DNA of 64,000 nucleotides, from the NCBI RefSeq assembly GCF_009914755.1, contig NC_060935.1; one strand, 5' to 3'. Below are positions 25,443-40,730 of this stretch, piece by piece (the first letter of the stretch is position 1; the number at the start of each line of letters is the position of its first letter). The stretch is from the human T2T-CHM13v2.0 reference genome, Homo sapiens. Under the pieces are notes generated by a model. That model had not been told where the DNA came from. It searched no databases and saw only the letters and a list, made by a program, of their open reading frames with translations. Both the position numbers and the translations under genes were made by a program.

Positions 25443-25890
25443 TACATTACTTTTAAAGAGATTGGGTTGTTTGTCCTGCAGAGTTTCCTGCAATCCAGGT
25501 TATTGATTGCAGCCTTCTGGTGTGGTTTAACATGTTCTTCTATGTCTTATATTTCCTGTAAACTTGTAATTTATTCTAGAGGCTCAATCCAATTCAGAGT
25601 TAATTTTTTTTGCAAGACTGCTTTATAGATGGTACTGTGTACTTTCACAAGTCTTTGTATTGTTAGCAGCCTTTGATGCTCATTTCCTACATTCATCATC
25701 TCACTAGAGTTTGCAAACTGATGATATTCTATCATTGCTTCCTTACTTTTAACAGGAATACTTCAATAAAAAGAAACTTCCTCTCATCAACTATTTGGTT
25801 ACCCAAAAGGACAGGATAAATGTTTGATTTTTTCATTTTATTTGCCAGATTTCCAAAGAATGAGTTGGTTCCTTAGAATCTTCCAGAGGC

Positions 25891-26418
25891 GGTCCCGCCC
25901 ACCCATTAATGCATCCTGCATACAACAGCCAGATTAATCCTCCTAAACATGACCTTCATCATCCTCTCTACTCAAAAACCTTCACTGGCTTTCTAACGGC
26001 CTGTGGAATAATCCAAAATACTTGTGGGACGTTAAAGGTGTGGTATAAGGTGTGCTCCTCCTCCTCCAATCCTATTTCTCACTGTCTCTTTACAGCAGTG
26101 TTTCTCACCTCAGCTGGACATTTTGGTCCTGACAATTATGGACATTTTGGACCTGACGATTTATTGTCGGCCACTCTCAGGCATGTGGTAGAACTTTCGG
26201 CAGCATCCCTGGCCTCTACTCACTACATGCCAGTAGCACCCCCTTACCCGAATTATGACAAACAAAAATGTCTTCTAACATTGCCAAATGTCCCCTCTGG
26301 GGGGCAAAATCACCCCAGCTGAGAGCCACCAGTCTATAGGAAGGTCAACTCTGTTCTCCCACCCCCAAAATAATAATAAAAACAGACATTCATTCATTCA
26401 AAAAAAAAAAAAAAAAAA
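25891..26418 (+). mobile_element. Orphan retrotransposed insert (non-autonomous sequence + poly(A)) with 16-bp TSD
   Basis: TSD agaatcttccagaggc (25875-90 and 26419-34); AATAAA 26375-80; poly(A) from 26400. Confidence 0.88.
26096..26331. mobile_element. MER20 hAT MITE (inside the orphan insert)
   Basis: gcagcatccctggcctctac...acattgccaaatgtcccc...ggggggcaaaatcaccccag. Confidence 0.9.
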
Positions 26419-27189
26419 AGAATCTTCCAGAGGCAGACAATGTGTGTGTGTGTTTCTATTTTATAAATCAGTAATGAGCTCATGTATTTAAATATGTTTA
26501 ATATATTTTCATTTATATATTGATGTCCAAATTGTCCCATCTTTGGTCTGTGGCAAACATCTTCATATTGATTCTCAAGTGTTTGATAGCCTTCTTTCTT
26601 TCTTTCTGGAATAAAAGATGTTCTAGGCTAATCTTATATCTTTCCTAAGCCAGACGTGAAATTGTCCAGGACCTCCTCCTTTCTTTTTAAATGGGAAATG
26701 TTTTTTAGAAACCACAGTCTTGTTACTAGGAGTTGCTCATCGCCACTGGGTTGGTATTGTTTCTAGCCTTTTTCTATTGGAATGGCTAGGATATATATAA
26801 TTTTTTGAAAAGAAAATTTGCTATGAGTTTATACCAAACTTATAACTCAGTTTTTACTTAACCTATCAGTCTTCTATCTATCGCTCCTTTCTTCCATCAC
26901 AAATAATAAATGATGCTGTAGAAAAATATGTAATTTGGGGAAATAGTCATAATATATATTTCAGTGGAAAATAATCTTATATATATACCAAATGTATAAT
27001 ACCAGTAGTTATTTCTTAATAAGATTAAAATGAATTTTTAGTTTCTTTTTTTTTTTTGCTTTTTAGTATTTAAACATTTCCATAAGGAATTCATTCTATT
27101 TTTGCTATAAGAAAAGTTTTGCTAAAAAAAACAAAAATAAGCCAGATGGTATAAATTATAATATAGTAAACTGTCTGCCAATCTTATAC

Positions 27190-27400
27190 GTGGGTAGAAT
27201 AATGATAATCCATTACATCTGTGGAGTGCTTTACAATTTACAAAGCATTTTACATCTATTATCTTTCATGATCATCACAACAGCATTGTGAGGAAGATCG
27301 AATAGAAATACTGTTTTATAGATAAGAAAATTGAGGTTTGAAAGGATCACATATGATGGAATCAGGGCTAGAACTCATAGCTCCTGATTTGGTCAGTGTT
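27190..27400 (-). mobile_element. MIR
   Basis: ttttatagataagaaaattgagg. Confidence 0.7.
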
Positions 27401-27559
27401 CTCTCCCTTGCCTCTCTATCTCTAGATGATTCTTACTATGTTTTCTCTCATTTTTCAGGAAGACAAGAAGACCCAGTAATGTTCTGCCTGCTACTTCCAT
27501 TGCTATCCTTAGAGCCCTCTTTCTTCAACATAAGACTTGGAGGCCCAAAATGCCAGTAC

Positions 27560-29630
<2,071 letters not shown>

Positions 29631-30283
29631 GAAGTTCAAACTCTTCTTCCAGGCCAGTATTTTAAGAGGTATTCAACCCATACAAGGGTCTTGAGCTCTT
29701 TCTCTGAGAAGCACTGTGGCTCCACTGTTTACAGGATTATAGATGAATCCGGGAGGCAGAGTGGCATCATCTTTAAAATATAGATAATAACATCTGCCTA
29801 ACTGGTTATTGTAAGGGTAACCGGGATGATGTTTGATCTGTAGTTTCAGATTCTAATAATTTGAAGAATGTCAATAAATAGCAGCTATGCTGTTTTTAAT
29901 ATTATAATTACTGGCAGACTGTGTTGGGGTGGACAGCTCATTGAGTTACTAAGGGAAGTGGTAAGGCAACAGTAGGGAACTAGAAAATCCTCTTCTACAA
30001 ATGCTTTGATAAGAAGTCCTGGATTGCAGAAAGTAATAATTGATGATAGTAGCTAATATTTACTAAGCGCTTATTGTACCTCAATTACTGTGCTTCACAG
30101 GTTATCTCAATTAAGCATCACAACAACACTATAAATAAAAACCATTATTATCTTCATTTTAGAAATGAGCAAATTGAGGTGTGGTAATGTTAAATCACTT
30201 GGTCAATATCACACAACAAAGATGTGGCAGGTCTTAGATTAGAACCCACAGTTTGCTTTAGAGCTGTTACTCCTAATACCGAG

Positions 30284-30450
30284 GCCAGAGCTTCTCAAAC
30301 CTTACTGTCATCACAAATCACCAGGGGATCTTGTTATACAGCGCAGCTCTGGCTCAGTAGCTCTGGTGTGGGGCTGCAATTCTGCATTTCTAACAAGCTC
30401 CCAGGTGATGCTGATGCTGCTGGTCCCAGGACCACACTTCGAGTAGTGCC
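30284..30450. mobile_element. MER5A MITE
   Basis: ttctgcatttctaacaagctcccaggtgatgctgatgctgctggtccc. Confidence 0.9.
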
Positions 30451-31000
30451 TAGACTGTACTCTCTATGCTGGCCACATCATATGGAACCTAATTTGTCCC
30501 AGGTACAAATGGGACCACAAGAACAGTGATGGTACCCATCACACTGTCGTTCTGCCCTATGTGCATAATATGCGTAAACAGAACCTCAGAAATCATTTCT
30601 CCTACTGCACACTCTCCCCAGGAGCCCAGGCATGTCTCACACACTTAGCCTTCTCTGCTGCTTTGACTGCAAGATACTCACTACTTTCCACCACCTTTGA
30701 AGTCAAAGGTAGACCCTCACTGTTACCTGCTTCTATGGCCTTCTCTGAGCACACCATGCCTGGAGTTTTAACTCTGGGTATTCTGAAATATGCAAGAGCC
30801 TTAAGGTGTGGAAAGACATCGAGTTCCTTCCCTCCAGCCCTCAGCAGGGTTGTGCTGTGTTCACTGCAAAAAAAAACAAGAAGCCCCTCTTCCACTCAGG
30901 GCTGCCTGGGCCCCAGGCAGCATTACTTGTGCTCTCGATCTCACAGGTTCCCTTGTGAACACAGCGCTGTCAGCTGCTGCCTGTAGCCTTACTGTCCTGG

Positions 31001-31085
31001 GAAAATATGCTGTCTTCCTGCCTCCCTTTTTCTCTCACTAGCTGAAAAAATGCTGTCATTCTGCCTCCCTTTTTCTCTCACTAGC
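31001..31085. repeat. Tandem duplication, 2 x ~43 bp
   Basis: gaaaa(t/a)atgctgtc...ctgcctccctttttctctcactagc twice. Confidence 0.92.
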
Positions 31086-31568
31086 CTCTGCTTCAGCTCT
31101 CTTAGAATTCACCACCCTGAAAGCAAGTTAACTCAGGCCAACTTCCAACTTGGGTGGGAGGGGTGAATCTCAGCTTAGGCTCAACTAGAACCATACTCTG
31201 GGTATGACACAAGGCATAGTAAAGGAGACATTGGAGAGGCACTTCAAAGATTCAGAGTTCATAATGAGGCAAGGGAAACTACTGGAATAAAGCTGAGTCT
31301 GAGGTGGGAGACTCACTTCTGCCCCAACTTAGCTGTGTGACCTTGGGCGTTTTAGCAACCCTCTCTGATTATTCCAAAACTATAAGGAGAAAGAGGCTCT
31401 AGATGACCTTCAATGTGTACCTTCCCATTCTATGTGATGTTCTGTTATCTTCTAATAGCACCTAGTGGTTTAGATAAGTCTATAAGAAATTATTCCTACT
31501 TACCAAACATCTGTTCTACTAAATAGAAATTAGAGCAGTGCTCAATAGAGAGTTAAAATGTAAAGCCA

Positions 31569-32097
<529 letters not shown>

Positions 32098-32199
32098 TCA
32101 CTCGCTCTGTAATCTTACTTAAATGTCACCCTTCCTTTCAACTCTTTAGTTTTCTCACTGTAAAGTGAAGGGGTTATACCAGCTGAATTCATAATAATA

Positions 32200-32532
32200 A
32201 AGGCTTCAAACTGGAGGCTCTTGGGCTTCATTCAGTCTACACACATGCTTTGCTTAATCAATAGAGTATTTTAAAATTTTTCAATCAGTTACTAACATTT
32301 AAAAATTAGGAGATTTTACATAAAAATCTGGTTTTCTGACTTTTCTTGAAAGATCAGAAAATCTAGGCAACATGGGTCAACCATTACTGCAAAGCCACTA
32401 TTGGCTGAGCTGCACTGCGGCAATCTTTTTTAAAAGGGGGATGTGCCCTCTGCACTGTCACAGCTCCTACTGGTTCCACATTATTCATTTATATTACTCA
32501 AGTCCTATAAGTATTTGAGTTTGTGATCCCTG
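32200..32532. mobile_element. MER102-like hAT element
   Basis: tttacataaaaatctggttttctgacttttcttgaaa...gtatttgagtttgtgatccctg. Confidence 0.75.
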
Positions 32533-32664
32533 GACAGCTATCATACTGACGAGCTGTGTAATATCAGGGGAGTACTTATCCTTTTTAAGACTCAGTATCC
32601 AAATTATAGAATGGGAATAATAAAATTTTCACATCATTGCATGGGCTGTATTAATGAGACAGAG

Positions 32665-32885
32665 CAGGGATCAGCAGGCTTTTCCGTAAAAAAAGAGAAA
32701 GTAAATATTTTAGGCTTTGCAGGCCATATAAGATCTGTGTTACATATTCTTCTTCTATCTATTATTTCTCTTCTCTCCTTTTTTTAAACAATCTTCTAAA
32801 AATGCAAACATTCTTAGCTCTCAAGCTGTACAAAAACAGGCTGCAGGTGGATTTGGCCTATGGGTCATAGTTTGCTAACCCCCTG
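32665..32885. mobile_element. MER58 hAT element inside a MIR
   Basis: gtaaatattttaggctttgcaggccata...ggatttggcctatgggtcatagtttgctaacccc. Confidence 0.85.
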
Positions 32886-33934
32886 AAATAAAGTATTTGG
32901 AGCACATACAATAATGCCTGGCATGCAGTGAGTATCAATAAATGTTAATTCTCATTATTTCAGTATCAGATCTCTCATTCTCTTACTCTCAGACATGAAT
33001 GGACTCCGCAGTACCCATCAGAACTCTCCACTGCCATTTCAATTCTCTTCTGACAACACAGAGGGGGAACAGCATTTTGTCTGTTGAGACATGTTCTTCT
33101 AAATAGAAAGCGCTGCATGGTACATAAAGAGCTCCAAAGCAGCACGACAAATACAGTGCAACTGTGTCATCACCATGAAACCAAAACCATTGTTTAAGCC
33201 ATTTGCTAAACCACATCCCCATTCCAGTTATTCTGTCTGAAACGTTACTGAACAATCACAACTGGATGGAGAGCTGGACGTCCTGAAAAATCTGATTATA
33301 GGTCCTCTGTTCTCACAGCTTTCCTCCTTTGTTTTGGTCCTTTAACTCTCCTCCTCCCTAAACACCTTGTGCTGTATAATTTATTATTTAACTTGAATGC
33401 CAGGGATGCAGCTTGAGATGAAAGGCACTTGACAAAATAAAATTGCATTGTGTTGTAGGACTCTCATACATGCAGCTTGGCATAATTAAAATAAGAGAGG
33501 CATGATATTGTTTGTTCATTCAAAGAATGTGTTGACTGAATCTAAAGAAATGTCAGTTATTTTCTATGGTATCCAAGGAACCCAAGGAGAACATGCATGC
33601 ATTTAAATAAAAGAGCCAAGGAGCACATCAAGAGATTGTCCAAAAGATACACATACTTTTTTCCCTCTTACTGGTAATTCACCAAGAAATGGAACAAAAT
33701 CATATGTGGGGCATAAGCCAAGTTCCTAGAATGCCATTGACCCAAGTTTCCTTGATCTGGGCCCTGTGCATCATGGTTATGAGGATTCACCATAATTGCA
33801 GTAATTTAGCAAATATTATATGAGCACCTACTGTGTGCCAAACCCTGTGCTAAGTGCTAGAAATGAAGGGATGAGTAAATTGAGGGTCTCATGTTAAGCA
33901 CATAATTCCAATCTAAATATAAAGTATTAATTAG

Positions 33935-34190
33935 TGGTATGATAGCAAGAGCCAACGCTTATTAAGCATATACTCATGCCCAGCATTGTTTTAAGTGCTT
34001 TTTAGTTGATGAATTTATTTAGTCCTCTCAACAATCTTAAGGGTTATATGCTATTATAAATTTCCATTTTGCAGATGGGGAAGTGGAGGCCAGAGGCTAA
34101 TTTAATTATTTAAGGGCACACAGCTAGTAAGTAGAAGAGCTTTGATTCAAATCCAAGGAGCCTGACTTCAGGGCCAAATCCCTTAGAAGG
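33935..34190 (-). mobile_element. MIR (near full length)
   Basis: ccattttgcagatggggaagtggaggc...cacacagctagtaagt. Confidence 0.8.
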
Positions 34191-37100
34191 CACTAAACAG
34201 CCTCTTAATAAAAGGGCTTGAATCATGTTCTGGGAACACAGTGCAGCAAAGACCCTAATTCTGCTTTGGGGGTCAGGGAACACATGGGACAACATGTTTG
34301 TCTCCAAGATTCCTTTCACAGGGAAGCCAAGCCAGACATTCTAGGCAAAGAAAGAGCATATGTCCAGAAAATGGTATTTGTAACAGCCTCAGAAAAAGAG
34401 AATATTTAATTTTGACTGTTATACTTGCCTTTAAAGAAAATAACATTCAGCATTGCCAGTAGCTGCTTATTCAATATTAGTCTTCCCTGCAGTTCCACAA
34501 ACTTCAGGAGGGCAGATGCCTGTCTTATTGACTACTGTGTGTCTAATGCCTAGCACATGCTTAATAAATAAATTTTGAGACACATGAACAAATCTAGTCA
34601 AGGTAGAACAGTAGGATAACGATGAATCTAACATTATCTGCCATGGACAAGGGTTAATGCTCAGCTTTATTTGATACCCATATTAGCATTTTAAAATTCT
34701 AATTTCACACTGCTCTTTACTAGACATGACCATGGTATTCCTAAAAGGCTTTAAAAGCATAATATTGTAAAAACTCCCATTACTATATGTATCAATAACA
34801 TTTTGTATATGTATCTGTAGTAATTATCCTACGCACAGAATTCTAAGCAGAATGCTATACTTAACCCATGGTAGCCATTAATTAGATAAAATGAAATGAC
34901 GTTCCGTTGCTTGCAGCACATTTTAAAGTGAAACCCCACGTGTGACAATAAATGAATTTTCTTTTTATCTCCTGTAGAAGAAAACCAATGGCTAATGTAG
35001 AAACCTCCCAAACATGCTTTCCTAGTGAAGCTAGCAGAGCTATCTAAAGAAAAGAACTATTTTGACTTTGCTAGTTAGATCAATAAATATGTCTAAGGCT
35101 GGGGTAAAAGGGGAAAAAATGGAATCTATTTGCCAGAGGGTAGAGCTGGAGGAAGTTTGGCGATTTGATTATTTCCTCTTAAGATGTCTTTGGAAGTATC
35201 AAATTGAGAACAGCATCTATTTAGAAGGCTTGCCACAGATTTTGTTAAGTGCAGGGGCGGGGCTTAGTAAATTTTTCCTAACAATAAATATTTTTATTAG
35301 AAAATTATTGCAGTAGAATGATTCAGATGTTTAAGACAGGTATTTGAATTTTCCCTAAAATAATTTCCCAAGACTGGGCCACGGAGAATTGTTTACCTAC
35401 AACCAAGCAAAATAATGCATGATTATAATTCCTAACTCTCTAGAGTAAGCCAGAGTACTGAAATCCAAGAGTAGTGTTCATTTTTGCCTCCAGTGGGCAC
35501 TGTGCTCATAAATGAAGGCAGCCAGTTCTGGCACCTACTCTGTGTTGGGCTTCCTCTGGCAACAGTTGAACTTTCAGGTTGTTAAATGCATTCATGAACG
35601 AAGAAAAGAGGAGAGTTTTGTGTTAACCTGACCTGAGTTCCACTTCTGTCTGTACTACTCAGTAGCTGTATGTCTGGGCAAATCATGAGGCTGGCATGGA
35701 ACAGTATTCCCTCCCCTCTCTGATTACATTTCCAAATCTGAGCGTGGAAAAGAAATGAAGAAACAGCCATTGAGAGATAAAACAAGTAATAACTTGCCTA
35801 ATCCTGAATTGGAGAGATTTACAGTTGGAAACAACATATTACCTGGCCCTGCCCTGAGTTCTGAGACAATATATAACATAACAATCATCATATGTGTATG
35901 TATATGTGTGTGTGTGTATATATATATATTTGTGGTGTATTTACAACATACCAATGACTGTGCTAAGGAATGAGGATCCATGTAGAGAAAATGTAGACAT
36001 GGTCCCTTTGGAGTGGTTCACAGTTAGCAGATTCTTCCATATGCATATCTCAGCAATGTGAAATAGGAGTTGTTGATGACCCAATATTACAGATGACAAA
36101 ACAGAAGCCAAGAGCCAGAAAATCTGAATGTAACACAAGGAATTGGAATCAAGAGTGACTCTCAGAAAGTCTGGCTCTAAAGCTAGCTCTCTGCACTGTA
36201 CTTGTGGACTCTCCGCTTTATATCAACAACAGCATAGATATCTGTTTAATGTTGGACAGGTGGCAAAGTGCTTTTTGCTGACTCAATTTCATTTAATTCT
36301 GTGATGTAGATATTTTTACTATTATCTCCACAATTCATTGATAAAATTGAGACCCAGAGGGATGTGGTGGCTGGTCCAAGATCACTCAATTAGCTAGATT
36401 CAGAGAGCAGAGATTAGATTCCAGTGTTTCTGATGCCAAACTGTCCGCCATACGTGGACTCCCAGTTTAAATATTTCTAAATTCAGAATCATTGAGCCTT
36501 ATTTTCATGGTCGAGGATTATTTCCATGATCTATGTAAATTATAATTAAATCCATGCTAATAGGCCATTTTGTGGCAAAACCTCAATAAGCAGTGAGCCG
36601 AGGCCTGCAGGCTTGCAAAATTATTTATGGTGAACTCCGAGGGCTGCTATTACTCAATCTATATGTGCTGCAACAAAGTGTTTACTCCTCTATGAAAGCT
36701 GGCTACTCAACTACATTTTTCTTCATTCCCCCTCAGCAAAATTGGGGAACCCAGCCTCTAGCATATGGAAGCATTTCTATGCTGCTAGATTTTCTGATGA
36801 GGGTGGGATAGGGATGGTGGAAGTATGAATTGAAACGATGTGTTGGGAGAAACATATATTTCTGAGTGAGGTTGATTGGACTAGATTCCATGTGGCAAAA
36901 GTTGTCTCCAGAAAAGATGTTTTTTCTTCCACTTTACCCCCACTTCACCATTTGTTAAAATCAGTGATTTCTGAATCTGCTTGACACTTGTGAGAACACA
37001 AAATCCAGAAGATCCAGGCTTTTTTTTTTTTTTTTTTTTCCTGTAATGCTGGCGCTTTCTGGTGGGCTCAGGTTTCTGCAAATTGCTCCCAAATGGTCAC

Positions 37101-39689
37101 AGACAAGGAGCTGAGGACTTCCTTCAGGTGTTCGTGACCACACTAAAGATTTTTTAAAGTAAATTAAATTACTAAATGTGTAAACACTGTGTGAATAGAT
37201 GGCACCTTTAAACTTAGTATGTCTAACATGTTAATTTTATGAGTAAACCTATACATAATACATTATTCTATTCTCAGACGAACAAAGGGCTTCTCCAGCT
37301 GCCAAGGGCGTGGAAACAATGTGACATATATCTTTAGTGTTCTGAGAAATACCCATTTTTTTCCTCCTTCAAATGATACTTTTCCCTTTATTTAGACTCA
37401 AATTTGTTTATGGCGCTGGTCTACTGCATCAGGTAAAGATCTGTCAACCACATAGGAGCTTTCTCTACCTCATTTGCTATTTAGAAATGCACAGAAACAT
37501 AAAAAAACTAGATGCTTTTGCATGACTTGGAAGGACTCATGGATAATTTGAAACCAGAGTATTTGATGTGTGCCAAGGACCCTATCCCCTGCTTTGTCGT
37601 TTTAACAATGCCTTAAGTGTACATGCATTTGCAGCTCTCTTCTCAAGGATCTCTCACAGACATCCTCTCATTTGTTCCTCCCAGCATCCCTGGATGTCTG
37701 TCTTCAGGGATTTTTATTATTCCTGTTTTCAAATGACAAAACTCAGGATCCAAGAGAACATGTAACTTCTTGTAGGTTACACAGAGTGAACGGGTGGAGT
37801 TCAGGTCTCGGCTCTTCACAGCCTCCCCACCCACTTGCTGCAGGCATATGGGTATCAAGGGTGCTCTTCCCAGGATTGGAGTGAGGAGCACTGGGAGTCC
37901 GGGGACAGAGACTTCCTGGGCACCCTGGCTCCTGCATTAATAGAGTAAGGGGGCTGACCTGGGTACCATCCCTATGGCTTCTTTCTTTGACACTCTGAAG
38001 GTCTTGTACTTTCAAAGATCTAAACCTTGAGGCAGTGACTCAAAAGGTCCTGGATTTGGGTTTTTAAATTTATGTACTGCCTCTCACATGTGTCATATAA
38101 TTCAAATTCATAAATACTTAAGGGTAATAATACTATTTCTTAAAGTGCTCAAAAGGGGGTGGAGGGATTGAAGTTTTACTTGGGTCTGACATCACCATTG
38201 AGATATTCACATTTATATGTTTCTCCCCAATAACTGAACTCCCAATGGCAAAGCTGATGGATTTGGTGCCATTGTACTCCCTTCCTGCTACCATCTCCAC
38301 ACCCTCCTTTTTCTGTCTCAGGAACTAGCACAGTGCCTGGTGCCTAGCTAGCTACTCAATAAAGAGATGCAGTTTAACTTTGCCATTATTTTATTCTTAT
38401 TTAATTCTACCTAATATATAAAGCCACAGAGATTTTTAAACATAAGTTTAAAGAAGTGATAATAAATGCCTCCCAAAATAAAGTAACTCTTTATAGCAAC
38501 TTACTGAATCAGTATTATCACATGTGCAAGCTATACTCAGATAATATGCAGGTCAATTAAAAACAGGGCTACCTTCTAAGAAGGTTTGAAGAGTTTCCAA
38601 TGTGAAAGGCACTGAATACTGTGTATGAAGGCATGCCTGATTTTCTGGGACACTTCTTTTTTTCCTGTAATTTTACTTTTTTCAATTATTTTATTAAATG
38701 TACAACTGGATATAATTCTACCTTTAAACCATTGTTAGATTTTCATATAAGTTCATCAATTTGAAGCAAACAAATCCTTTTTCAGGCCAAAATCAGGTCT
38801 CTTGATTTTTATCTTGGAGAAATTAAGTCCCTGTAGTTTGGTGGCACATGAGAACCCTCTTGGGTGGACTGGCAAACACGATCCTCTGCTTTTTTAACCT
38901 AGGACTCACAAGACACTCTCAAATCAATTAGTTTTCAAAGCACCCATGCATTGAGAGTACGCTGTATGTGAGGCATTGTACTGTTCGGAGTAACCACGAA
39001 GGCTGACTCTGATTGTCTCCATTTTATAGGAAAGGAAACTAAGGCTCAAAGCCACATGGCTAGGAGCTGGCAGAGCAAAGTGTTAGACTCTGGTCCGTAG
39101 AGCTCCAAAGCCCATATTCTTTCTACCACCTCCCTCTAATCTACTGGTCTGGGACTCTGATCTCTTCCTCTATGCAGAATTCACTGTTGACAGAGCTCCG
39201 AGCTAAAAACCATTGCCTCAAAATGACAGAGGAAAATCGAGTTGTCAGATGTGACCCAGAGCAAAGCTCTAATTCAGAATCATTTAATTTCATATCTGCC
39301 ACCTGAGACCACAGCCACATTTCTCCTTTCTCACTGAAGGAGAACACACAGACATATTTTCTCAGACTTACTTTTTAGGACCTGCTTCTGTGGAGGCCCT
39401 GCTGCCATGGGACTTCCCAGTCACTAACATTTAGAATTACACTTGCTACATGATGGTTGAAACCCCCATGCCTACTTAAAAAAAATTCCTGTTCTGGATT
39501 TTTAGCAGATCCCAGCTTGCTACTCTGTCCTGTGGCTGTATCTCCAGACCCACTGGGCACCATGGAAAGCCAATGCTCAGTTTCTTCTAATGACGCAAGA
39601 GGTAGAAAGAGCCTCTTGAAGCCCTAGTTACCTGACAAAATTCACAGAATTTTGTCCCTTGCCACAGATCACACCCTATTTTAATATTA

Positions 39690-40730
39690 CAAACAAACAA
39701 ACTCAAAAATGCTGAAAGTGAGTTTCTGATCTCTGAATAAGGAGGTACTTCTAAGGATGATAAGTGGAAGAAAACGTAATGAAAGATACTAATAGATTGA
39801 CTATGTAAGGCTTAAATTTCTGTGTACCAAAACATTCATTAAAAAATAAAAGGCAAATAACACTGAGAAAATATTTTTTAATAGAGTGGCAAAGACCTAG
39901 TATCTTTCATAAAGATTGATCTTTTATGAAATGATGAAAAAATTAGTAGGAAAATGGACAAAGGGCATAAACAGAAAATTCATAAAAGAGTAAAGACAAA
40001 CAGCTAATAAACATGAAAGAGTTTTATCTCACTAATAATCAAAGAAATGAAAATTAAAACAATATTAAAGAACTAGTTTTCGTATATCAATATGTCAAAG
40101 GTGAAAAAGAAAAATAATTCCTAATGTTTGTAATGTGAGAAATGTTTTTTCAGTTTGATATACACAAATTCACCTCTCATTACTGTTCAACTTTGCATTT
40201 CTTTGACTATAAAAAGTTTTTAAAATATTTATGTTCCTTGACTTATTGATTCCAATTCTAGTAATCTATGCTAAGGAAATAATCAAAGACAGAAACATTA
40301 ATTATATATGTTTATCACAGCATTATTTACATTAACAAAAGTTGGAATGGTAGAGAACTGAAATGTCCAGGAAAAAGAATTGGTTCACTAAATAATGGTA
40401 CATGTATTACTATGCATGCATAAAAATTGTTGTAAAAAATAGTTGTAATGACATTAGAAAACATGACATATGTATACATACATAGGCACACACACGTATA
40501 TACAATATAATCTTAGCTGCTTAAAATGTCTCCTATAAACATACCCACAAAAGGGAAGGAAGTTCATAAGTGTGCAACAGTGATTATTTCTTGGTGGAGG
40601 AAATATGGTATTGTGGGTGTTTTATTTTCTTCTTTCCATTTAACTTCAATGTTTTCTATAATGAACGTGCATTGCCTTAATAATCAGAAAAGAATTCCAA
40701 CAAATGTTATTAATAAATAAGAAAAAAAAT
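39690..40730 (+). mobile_element. Old L1ME 3' region
   Basis: aaatggacaaagggcataaacagaaaattca...taataatcaaagaaatgaaaattaaaacaa. Confidence 0.8.

Larger units (their letters stand above)
25000..26900 (-). mobile_element. L1MC-type element hosting two later insertions
   Basis: caggatccaaacaaa...ttgatttatctcttaagtctct...tgagttggttcctta...gagctcatgtatttaa; collinear across both inserts. Confidence 0.75.

Noticed and set aside
39634-39656. 10-bp perfect hairpin; also a 14-bp palindrome at 6144-6157
   Set aside because: Too short for a pre-miRNA; plausible by chance in 64 kb.
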